Assembly (NCBI GenBank): GCA_944386305.1
Contig: CALXAN010000075.1
Coordinates: 1-16,373, forward strand
Length of the DNA stretch: 16,373 nucleotides
Source: an uncultured Clostridia bacterium
Lineage (GTDB): Bacteria > Bacillota > Clostridia > Oscillospirales > UBA644
Direction of reading: 5' to 3'
The position numbers and the translations under genes were made by a program. This document shows positions 1-6,753 of the stretch, piece after piece. Under the pieces are notes generated by a model. That model searched no databases. It saw only the letters and a list, made by a program, of their open reading frames with translations, and was not told the origin of the DNA. The first letter of the stretch is position 1. Each line of letters starts with the position of its first letter.

Positions 1-1
1 C

Positions 2-31
2 AGCGGAGAGAAATCTCTCCGCTGTTTTTTT
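2..31 (+). terminator. Rho-independent terminator of an upstream (off-window) plus-strand gene
   Basis: Perfect 9-bp stem AGCGGAGAG / CTCTCCGCT (2-10 / 15-23), 4-nt loop AAAT, then G plus a T7 run (25-31). Confidence 0.55.
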
Positions 32-210
32 GTATCAAGAAAACCACGCGATAGTCGCGTGGATCTGTGAAGGTTAACCGATGAGAAAAAATCCTCCTTT
101 TGTGTTAGAATAAAAAGACCAGCCGTAGTGATCGCTGCAGCGATTTCTTTTGGGGGACTCCGTAATAAAATCTACGCCGTGAGAGAAAAAGGATCAAATA
201 AGAGCGGCGA

Positions 211-239
211 TTGCTCTTTGGAAGGATTTGTAGTATAAT
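211..239 (+). promoter_or_regulatory. Candidate sigma70-type promoter for the WYL-regulator operon
   Basis: TTGCTC (211-216), 17-bp spacer, TATAAT (234-239). This is about 50 nt upstream of the RBS GGGAGG (275-280) and the GTG start at 289. A small hairpin AGAGC-N7-GCTCT overlaps the -35 and could be an operator. Confidence 0.4.
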
Positions 240-288
240 ACAGATAAAGAATCAGAATGTATATGTTTTAATATGGGAGGTGAACGCT

Positions 289-1527
289 GTGTCGTCGTAT
301 AGCGAGTTAATTAAGAATTTTGAAAAGGTCCGCAGTTATATGCGTGAGTTTTATGTTTACGGTTTTAAGAGTCGTGAGGAATATGACAAAAAAAGCGCCC
401 GTTCTTACGATGATGAGCGCCGCCGGATGGAAAGCTGGCTCGGAGATCATATGAGCTTTGTCCGTACGCCCGAGGGCAAAAACGTGTTCATTTCAATCGA
501 CAGTCGTGTATCACAGCACAACCCCTTTTATAAAGCATTTAAGGCAAAGAGTTTTACCGACGGCGATATCACATTACATTTTATTTTGTTCGATATTTTG
601 CACTCACCCGAGACAGTCCTTTCCCTGCCGGAAATACTCGCAAAAATTGACGAGTATTTGTCGGGGTTTGAAAATCCGATGGTGTTCGATGAGTCTACAG
701 TCAGAAAGAAACTGAAGGAATACATACAGCAGGGCGTCATCAGCTCTGAAAAAGTGGGCAGAAAAATATTGTACCGCAGGGCAGATGACGTAGTTTTGAC
801 GAATATTGCCGATGTGCTGAATTTTTATTCTGAAGTTGCGCCCTGCGGTGTGATAGGCTCTTTCTTACTTGATAAAGAGGAAAATAAAGACGATGTTTTC
901 AGCTTTAAGCACCACTATATAACTTCCGCCATGGACAGCCATGTTCTGTCGGTGTTCTTTAAAGCTATGCGTGAAAAAAGCGTCGTAACGGTGTCTAACC
1001 TGAGCCGCCGCGCGGATGAGCCCCGAATGAACAGAATCATACCCTTGCGCATATTTGTCAGCGTTCAAAACGGCAGGCAGTATCTGCTTGCGTATCAGCC
1101 TGATTTTAACGTGATCAAATCATTTCGGATAGATTATTTATCCGATGTAAAAATTGAAGAACCTACGCCTCGTTTTGACGAACTGCGGGCCGAACTTGAT
1201 GAAATGCAGACAAAAATGTGGGGCGTTATCGCCAAACGAAACCGTTACGGCGAAGATAATATCGAGCATGTAAAGTTTACGGTTAAGGTAGCGGACGACG
1301 AAGAATATATTGTGCGCCGTCTTGAGCGCGAGAAAAGGATCGGACATATTGAAAAGATAGACAATAATACCTATTGTTTCACTGCAGACGTGTATGATAC
1401 AAACGAGCTTATTCCTTGGATCCGCACCTTTATCTGCAGGATAACCGAGCTGCAGTTCTCTGAACGCACGCTTGAAAATCAGTTTAGGCGCGATATTGAA
1501 AAGATGTATCGTATGTACGGAGTTTAG
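289..1527 (+). CDS. WYL-domain transcriptional regulator-like protein: N-terminal wHTH-like region, WYL domain, C-terminal WCX-like extension
   Basis: ORF-track frame 211..1527. I place the start at the in-frame GTG 289 because GGGAGG lies 8 nt upstream and the track's TTG at 211 sits inside the promoter. The central motif RQYLLAYQPDFNVIKSFRIDYLSDVKI matches the WYL signature (hydrophobic-Y-L...FR-hydrophobic-D-R/Y-I). The C-terminal ELIPWIRTFICRITELQ resembles the WCX 'wilsfG..veVleP' end. Confidence 0.75.
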   Translation: MSSYSELIKNFEKVRSYMREFYVYGFKSREEYDKKSARSYDDERRRMESWLGDHMSFVRTPEGKNVFISIDSRVSQHNPFYKAFKAKSFTDGDITLHFILFDILHSPETVLSLPEILAKIDEYLSGFENPMVFDESTVRKKLKEYIQQGVISSEKVGRKILYRRADDVVLTNIADVLNFYSEVAPCGVIGSFLLDKEENKDDVFSFKHHYITSAMDSHVLSVFFKAMREKSVVTVSNLSRRADEPRMNRIIPLRIFVSVQNGRQYLLAYQPDFNVIKSFRIDYLSDVKIEEPTPRFDELRAELDEMQTKMWGVIAKRNRYGEDNIEHVKFTVKVADDEEYIVRRLEREKRIGHIEKIDNNTYCFTADVYDTNELIPWIRTFICRITELQFSERTLENQFRRDIEKMYRMYGV

Positions 1528-1538
1528 GAGGCGCAGGC

Positions 1539-2444
1539 ATGATATTTAATGAAATATATTCCGCCTATTATAACGCCGTAGCAAAAATGATTACCGCTGT
1601 TCTTGACGGCAAGACAGACCAAAAAACTCTCAGCCAAATAGTTTGCGACAATGCCTTCGGTGAGAGTATGCTGACAGTGCTACCTTCTCTCAAAAGCGGA
1701 AAGTGGCAGCTTATAAAAGCGGATCTGACCACTCCGCTAAAGCATATCCCTACGCTGCCGCTGACTCTGATGCAAAAGCAATGGCTGAAAGCCATATCTC
1801 TTGATCCTCGTATAAAGTTATTCGGTGCGGAAATAAGCGGCCTTGAAGAAGTAGAGCCCCTGTTTACTGCAGATGATTATTTAATATATGATAAGTACAG
1901 TGACGGGGATCCGTATGACGATGAGGACTATATTAAAAGATTTCGGATCATTTTATCGGCCTTAAAGGAAAAGCAGCCGCTTAAAATACAGACGGTTACC
2001 CGAAAGGGTAATACCGTCTCGATGACGGTCATGCCGCAGCGCTTGGAATATTCCGAAAAGGATGATAAGTTCAGGCTTATCAGTACGGGGTGCCGATATG
2101 GAGAAATTGTAAACCTTACTCGAATTAAAACATGTGAAAAATGTTCTGCATTTAAGGCGCATTATCATGCTGCGCCGATAAGGGAATCGATGACGCTGCG
2201 CGTTGTCGACGAGCGTAACGCGCTTGAGAGATGCCTGCTCCATTTCGCGCATTTTGAAAAACGGGTGGAAAGGGCTGCTCAAAAGCAATACCTTGTCCAT
2301 ATCCGATATGATAAGAGCGATGAAACCGAAATGGTAATCCGCATTTTGAGCTTTGGACCTATGGTCGAGGTAACGGCGCCGAATGAATTCAGAAATTTAA
2401 TAATTGACCGCCTAAAAAGCCAAAAAAGCTGTGGACTTATTTGA
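1539..2444 (+). CDS. Second WYL/WCX-family regulator-like protein with a divergent N-terminus, probable partner of the upstream WYL protein
   Basis: ATG 1539 with RBS AGGAGG overlapping the stop of the previous gene, suggesting translational coupling. The C-terminus MVIRILSFGPMVEVTAPNEFRNLIIDRL is the canonical WCX ending of WYL regulators. The middle segment KFRLIS...IVNLTRIKTCE is a degenerate WYL-like motif. Confidence 0.7.
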   Translation: MIFNEIYSAYYNAVAKMITAVLDGKTDQKTLSQIVCDNAFGESMLTVLPSLKSGKWQLIKADLTTPLKHIPTLPLTLMQKQWLKAISLDPRIKLFGAEISGLEEVEPLFTADDYLIYDKYSDGDPYDDEDYIKRFRIILSALKEKQPLKIQTVTRKGNTVSMTVMPQRLEYSEKDDKFRLISTGCRYGEIVNLTRIKTCEKCSAFKAHYHAAPIRESMTLRVVDERNALERCLLHFAHFEKRVERAAQKQYLVHIRYDKSDETEMVIRILSFGPMVEVTAPNEFRNLIIDRLKSQKSCGLI

Positions 2445-2460
2445 GTTCGCAGCTTTTTTT
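2424..2460 (+). terminator. Weak candidate intrinsic terminator after the WYL pair
   Basis: AAAAGCTG (2424-2431) pairs with CAGCTTTT (2450-2457) around a large 18-nt loop that contains the stop codon. A T7 run follows (2454-2460). The large loop and AU-rich stem base limit confidence. Confidence 0.3.
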
Positions 2461-2482
2461 CCGTGTTTTGAAGGGGAAATAT

Positions 2483-2491
2483 TGGTAAAAT
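2483..2491 (+). promoter_or_regulatory. Candidate extended -10 promoter (TGgTAAAAT) for the SPFH–rtcB operon
   Basis: TG-N-TAAAAT at 2483-2491 with no good -35. It would give a leader of about 380 nt before ATG 2883. No sigma54 -24/-12 element was seen. Confidence 0.25.
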
Positions 2492-2610
2492 ATGCATGCA
2501 GGGTTTCTTTGAGCGAGTGTTTGAGATATCACTGCGGTGCGCAAGGCTATGCCGACGCGTATGCCCAAAAAAAAGAGTCCCTTGCATAATCTGTTGAGTC
2601 CTGCAGGCTT

Positions 2611-2650
2611 TGACAGATGCAGACGCGGGTTCGAATCCCGCCGTATGCGA
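2611..2650 (+). other. tRNA-like 3' fragment: canonical T-arm plus a 3' acceptor strand, with no matching 5' half
   Basis: GCGGG-TTCGAAT-CCCGC (2625-2641) is a textbook T-stem-loop (G53 T54 T55 C56 R57 A58 ... C61). It is followed by a 7-nt strand CGTATGC and a discriminator-like G. Only 41 nt lie between the best 5' partner (GCATAAT, 2584-2590, 5 of 7 pairs) and the T-stem, too few for D and anticodon arms. It closely resembles the tmRNA/tRNA 3' end (..GACGYGGGTTCGAnTCCCRCCGT..) but no full gene fits. Confidence 0.4.
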
Positions 2651-2882
2651 TTACAGCATATTCCATGGTTTGGTTACTGCCGCAAACGGCAAATTATTTC
2701 AGGTTCAGTGATTACTCTGTTCAGGCAATGCTCCCGCTGCCCTGTCCGGTAACGGATACCGTGTATCAAGCATATAGGCCAAAAGTTTCCTTTCCGCCCA
2801 TATGCGCGACCGCTCAAGTTTTCGGCCGCAACGGGAGCATGAGTAATTGCAATCGTATTTTGAAACCTCGGGGAGGCATATT

Positions 2883-3983
2883 ATGAAAAAGATTATCATC
2901 AATGAAAATCAAAGAGGATTTTTGTTTAAAAACGGAAAGTATGTTAAAATGCTTACGGCAGGCAGGTACCATGCCTGCGGCGGTAAAGAGATCGAAGTAG
3001 TAGATTTGGATAGTCCTATAGTTTCCGGCAAATGCGCATTGGACGTCATTCTGAACGATAAAGCTGTCGCAGGCGCCGTATCGGTCGTTGAAGTCGCCGA
3101 CCGGCAGTTAGCTCTGCATTTTGTAAACGGGAAATTTGCTTCAGTGCTTTGCCGCGGCAAATATGCCTTTTGGTCCCAAATAGATAAGCATGAATATAAA
3201 TTTGTGGATATCTCTACGCCTGAAGTGGCTGCCGATGTGCCGGAGTACATTTTTTCTGAGATTCCCGCCGCCTATTATACCAAGGTCGAGGTTTTGGAAT
3301 ATCAGAAGGCAAGACTTTATTTCAATCAGAAATTCGTAAGGATACTGGATGCCGGTACATATTATTTCTGGGAAAACGGCGTAAAAATTGATGCAAGCTT
3401 TGTTGACGTAAGGCTTACTCAAATGAACATTACCGGTCAGGAAATTTTAACTCAGGATAAAGTTTCTCTTCGCATCAATTTTGTCTGCAGCTACCGCGTT
3501 ACCGATTATGTGAAGATTTTGACCGAGATAGACGATTTTGCCGAGCAGATGCATGTGGCGGCGCAGCTGGCTCTGCGCGAGTATGTCGGCAGGTATAAAC
3601 TGGATGAAATTCTTGATAATAAGGCTCAGATGTCCGAGTTTGTGCTTGAAAAACTGAAAGCAAAGGAAAAGTCGCTGTATGTCGAAATCACGGACGCCGG
3701 CGTAAAGGATATTATTCTGCCCGGTGAAATCCGCGAGATTATGAACACTGTCTTGATAGCCGAAAAACGCGCTCAGGCCAATGTGATCACCCGCCGCGAG
3801 GAGGTCGCGTCTACCAGGTCCCTGCTCAATACCGCCAAACTGATGGACGAGAACCAAACCCTCTATAAGCTCAAAGAATTTGAGTATATCGAGCGTATCT
3901 GCGAAAATGTCGGCAATATCAATTTAAACGGCAACGGCGACGTGCTGACTCAGCTCAGGGGTATCTTGAGAGGCAATGTATAA
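2883..3983 (+). CDS. SPFH / band-7 (stomatin-prohibitin-flotillin-HflKC) family protein, apparently cytoplasmic, with a triplicated N-terminal hairpin motif
   Basis: ATG 2883 with RBS GGGGAGG (2870-2876). The track ORF starts earlier at 2847 without an RBS. The SPFH core is QEILTQDKVSLRINFVCSYRV ... VKDIILPGEIREIMNTVLIAEKRAQANVITRREEVASTR. Three N-terminal repeats resemble the start of the SPFH fold: NQRGFLFKNGKYVKMLTAGRYH, RQLALHFVNGKFASVLCRGKYAFW and QKARLYFNQKFVRILDAGTYYFW. No hydrophobic transmembrane segment is present. Confidence 0.85.
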   Translation: MKKIIINENQRGFLFKNGKYVKMLTAGRYHACGGKEIEVVDLDSPIVSGKCALDVILNDKAVAGAVSVVEVADRQLALHFVNGKFASVLCRGKYAFWSQIDKHEYKFVDISTPEVAADVPEYIFSEIPAAYYTKVEVLEYQKARLYFNQKFVRILDAGTYYFWENGVKIDASFVDVRLTQMNITGQEILTQDKVSLRINFVCSYRVTDYVKILTEIDDFAEQMHVAAQLALREYVGRYKLDEILDNKAQMSEFVLEKLKAKEKSLYVEITDAGVKDIILPGEIREIMNTVLIAEKRAQANVITRREEVASTRSLLNTAKLMDENQTLYKLKEFEYIERICENVGNINLNGNGDVLTQLRGILRGNV

Positions 3984-4011
3984 GCGTAAAAATATCAGAA
4001 AGGAATTTATT

Positions 4012-5220
4012 ATGATAGAGATTGCAGGCAAGTTTAATACTGCCGTATGTTATACAAACGAGCTTGAGCCTACCGCATACGCTCAAATCGAGTCCGTATG
4101 CAATGAGGAGGCCTTTAAGGATTCTAAAATCCGTATAATGCCCGATGTGCATGCCGGAAAAGGCTGCACTATCGGCACGACAATGACTGTGACGGATAAA
4201 GTCGTACCGAATATGGTGGGCGTGGATATCGGCTGCGGAATGTACACTGTATATTTGGGTAAAGTCGACATTGATTTGGAAAAGTTTGATGCTGCCGCGC
4301 ACTCTATTCCCTGCGGCAGAAATGTTTGGGAGAGCAGACAGGAGAGGTTTGATTTGACCGCGCTGTGCTGCTACCGCAGCCTAAAAGACACCAAAAGACT
4401 TAAGAGGAGCCTCGGTACTTTAGGCGGCGGCAATCACTTTATAGAAATCGACGCCGACGCCGACGGCAGTAAATATTTGATTATCCATTCTGGCAGCCGT
4501 AACCTCGGCACGCAGGTCGCTGAGTTCTATCAGGGCATTGCCGTCGATTTGAGCCTTGGCAAAGAAGATTATTTCAAAAAGCGCGACGAAATAATCCGTA
4601 CGTATAAAGAGACCGGCCGCAGAAGTGAAATACAGGCTACTCTCAAAAAAATGGCTGACGAGTGGGAGAATAAGGAGCCTGCAATGCCCCGTGAGCTCTG
4701 CTACCTGTACGGCGCTTTTATGGAGGACTATCTGCATGATATTAATATCTGCCAGCGGTTTGCACAGCGCAACCGTGAGATGATGGCGCAGATATTGCTG
4801 CATAAGACAGGCCTTGCAGCTCTTGAAGCATTTCAGACCGTTCATAACTATATAGATGTCGACGAAATGATTCTTCGCAAAGGCTCTGTATCCGCTAAGG
4901 CGGGAGAAAAACTCTTAATCCCCATAAATATGCGAGACGGAAGCCTTATCTGTGTGGGCAAAGGCAACGAGGATTGGAATAATTCCGCGCCTCACGGTGC
5001 AGGAAGGCTTATGTCCCGCTCCGCCGCTTTTGAAAGACTGACAATGGAAGAGTATCGGGCGCAGATGGCGGGCATCTATACCACCTGTGTGAATACTTCT
5101 ACTCTCGACGAGTCGCCAATGGCTTACAAAAATATGGATGAAATCATTGAGAATATTGAACCCACTGCAGAGATTATCGCGCATATCAAGCCCATATACA
5201 ATTTTAAGGCGGCAGAGTGA
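4012..5220 (+). CDS. rtcB: RtcB-family RNA 3'-phosphate/2',3'-cyclic-phosphate ligase
   Basis: ATG 4012 with RBS AAAGGAA, 28 nt after the SPFH stop. Hallmark RtcB motifs are present: MPDVHAGKGCTIG, PNMVGVDIGCGM, GTLGGGNHFIEI, SAPHGAGR. The N-terminus (KFNTAV...) aligns with E. coli RtcB. Length is 402 aa. Confidence 0.9.
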   Translation: MIEIAGKFNTAVCYTNELEPTAYAQIESVCNEEAFKDSKIRIMPDVHAGKGCTIGTTMTVTDKVVPNMVGVDIGCGMYTVYLGKVDIDLEKFDAAAHSIPCGRNVWESRQERFDLTALCCYRSLKDTKRLKRSLGTLGGGNHFIEIDADADGSKYLIIHSGSRNLGTQVAEFYQGIAVDLSLGKEDYFKKRDEIIRTYKETGRRSEIQATLKKMADEWENKEPAMPRELCYLYGAFMEDYLHDINICQRFAQRNREMMAQILLHKTGLAALEAFQTVHNYIDVDEMILRKGSVSAKAGEKLLIPINMRDGSLICVGKGNEDWNNSAPHGAGRLMSRSAAFERLTMEEYRAQMAGIYTTCVNTSTLDESPMAYKNMDEIIENIEPTAEIIAHIKPIYNFKAAE

Positions 5221-5475
5221 TTCTTTTGAGTTTTTCAGTTCGATTCGAACACGGGTATTATCGAGGCCGCCTTTGGTTATGTAATCAGCGATAACTGCAT
5301 TGAGCGGTGCCATGCAGACCGTGCGCGTTTCAATAGGTCAGATTCAAAATCGGATAACCCTGTGTGAAAACGCGGCGCAAATGCGAAAATAACCGTTTTC
5401 TTCGGTCGATTTTTAAAGATAATTCCGTACTTTTCCGCCCTGCTGTCCCGTATGCTTCAGCTGTATAAAAGCCAA

Positions 5476-5519
5476 GCCGTCTCCGGCCGCATCTGCGGCC
5501 GGGGACGGCTGTCTCTTTT
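5476..5519. terminator. Strong GC-rich hairpin between the convergent rtcB(+) and serA(-) ends; intrinsic terminator, probably used by both
   Basis: GCCGTCTCCGGCCGC (5476-5490), loop ATCT, GCGGCCGGGGACGGC (5495-5509), then TGTCTCTTTT on the plus strand. An A-rich stretch (TATAAAAG) precedes it, which would be the U-tract for the minus-strand reading. Confidence 0.6.
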
Positions 5520-5562
5520 AAGTAATAAATAAATTCGTTGGACGTTCTTGTCCGCGCGCGTA

Positions 5563-6735
5563 TTATTCTATAACGTTGAGGCGTATCATGTTCTCTATAG
5601 CGGCTATCTTGTCGGTTATCTCGCGGCTGAGCGTCTTTACGCTCAGGTCGACCACTGAGTATGCGATATCGCCCCTGAATTTGCTGACCATGTGGTCTAT
5701 GTTTATGCCCTCGCGGCTCAGGCAGCCCGTGATGGATTCCAGCACGCCGGGAACATTCTTGTGCGCGGCGCAGAGCCTTATGCCGGTGCTGCGCTCGCAG
5801 ACGACGCTGGGGAAGTTGACGCTGTTTACGATATTGCCGCAGGTAAGGTAGTCCTGCAGCTCCTTGCAGGCCATGACCGCGCAGGTATCTTCAGCTTCGG
5901 AAGTAGACGCGCCGAGATGGGGGAAAGCGATGACGTTTTTCATCTTCAGGACCTTTTCGTTCGGGAAATCCGTCACATACGCCGCGACCTTGCCCGATTC
6001 GAGCGCCGCAGCCATAGCGTCGTCGACCACCAGCTCACCTCTCGCGAAATTCAGCACTACTATGCCGTCATGCGCCAAAGCCAGGCGCTGCGCGTTTATC
6101 GTAGCTTTTGTGTCGGGGTTGTACGGCACATGAATGGTTATGACGTCGCAGTGTTTGAATATATCGTCCACGTCGGTCACTCTGATAATATGCCTGTTGA
6201 GCCTCAATGCGCCGTCGACGGTGAGGAAGGGGTCGTAGCCGTATACCTCCATGCCCAGGGATACCGCGGCGTTCGATACCTGCACGCCTATCGCGCCCAG
6301 GCCTATGACGCCTAACTTTTTGCCCTGTATCTCCCTGCCTGCAAAGGCCGATTTGCCTTTTTCGACGAGCTTGCCTATTTCGTCGCCCTTGTCGGCCAGG
6401 TTATCCTTTACCCATTCCACTGCGCCCGTAAGGTTGCGGAAAGCAGTGAGCATGCCCGCGATGACGAGCTCCTTTACCGCGTTGGAGTTTGCGCCGGGTG
6501 TGTTGAACACCACTACGCCCTTCTCCGTGCAGCGGGGTATGGGGATGTTGTTTGTCCCCGCTCCCGCGCGGGCTATGGCCTTAAGGCTGCTCTTTATCTC
6601 ATATTCGTGCAGGGACGCGGACCTTACGAGTATCGCGTCCGGATCGTCTGCGTCGTCCGTGCAGGCAAACAGCTTCGGGTCGAGCGTGTCTATGCCGACC
6701 TGGGCGATTTTATTCATTTTTTGTATCTTATACAT
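5563..6735 (-). CDS. serA: D-3-phosphoglycerate dehydrogenase with C-terminal ACT domain
   Basis: 390 aa. It has the 2-hydroxyacid dehydrogenase NAD-binding fold (GKKLGVIGLGAIGVQV), a catalytic region, and a C-terminal ACT-like regulatory domain. It lies 18 nt downstream of serC with the RBS in the gap. Confidence 0.9.
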   Translation of the reverse strand: MYKIQKMNKIAQVGIDTLDPKLFACTDDADDPDAILVRSASLHEYEIKSSLKAIARAGAGTNNIPIPRCTEKGVVVFNTPGANSNAVKELVIAGMLTAFRNLTGAVEWVKDNLADKGDEIGKLVEKGKSAFAGREIQGKKLGVIGLGAIGVQVSNAAVSLGMEVYGYDPFLTVDGALRLNRHIIRVTDVDDIFKHCDVITIHVPYNPDTKATINAQRLALAHDGIVVLNFARGELVVDDAMAAALESGKVAAYVTDFPNEKVLKMKNVIAFPHLGASTSEAEDTCAVMACKELQDYLTCGNIVNSVNFPSVVCERSTGIRLCAAHKNVPGVLESITGCLSREGINIDHMVSKFRGDIAYSVVDLSVKTLSREITDKIAAIENMIRLNVIE

Positions 6736-6753
6736 ATTTTCCCCGCCTTTGTC

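Noticed and set aside
211-288. Track start TTG at 211 for the first WYL ORF, and alternative ATG at 340
   Set aside because: 211 lies within the predicted -35 and spacer. GTG 289 has a GGGAGG RBS 8 nt upstream. ATG 340 would remove the N-terminal wHTH-like segment. I keep 289, with moderate uncertainty.
2482-2500. Sigma54 (-24/-12) promoter TGG-N-TGCA upstream of SPFH–rtcB, by analogy with RtcR-controlled rtcBA
   Set aside because: The GG and GC elements are not at the required 10-bp offset, and no bEBP (RtcR-like) gene is present. The WYL proteins are the likelier regulators.
2560-2660. Complete tRNA or tmRNA (ssrA) gene around the GGTTCGAATCC T-loop
   Set aside because: No 5' acceptor strand, D-arm or anticodon arm fits within tRNA spacing. 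The best 5' partner leaves only 41 nt before the T-stem, whereas at least 44–47 are needed. A roughly 360-nt tmRNA would have to overlap the well-supported WYL/WCX CDS ending at 2444. It is kept only as a tRNA-like 3' fragment.
3976-4011. Track start of the RtcB ORF at 3976 (MYKRKNIRKEFIM...)
   Set aside because: It would overlap the SPFH stop and has no RBS. ATG 4012 is preceded by AAAGGAA and gives the conserved RtcB N-terminus.
5243-5262. GTTCGATTCGAAC near-palindrome after rtcB as an att-site partner of the tRNA-like fragment
   Set aside because: It shares only a 9-nt GTTCGAATC core by chance and is in inverted rather than direct orientation. No flanking repeat structure was seen.
4915-5313. 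132-aa minus-strand ORF overlapping the rtcB 3' end
   Set aside because: It is antisense to the strongly supported rtcB CDS and has no RBS or motifs.
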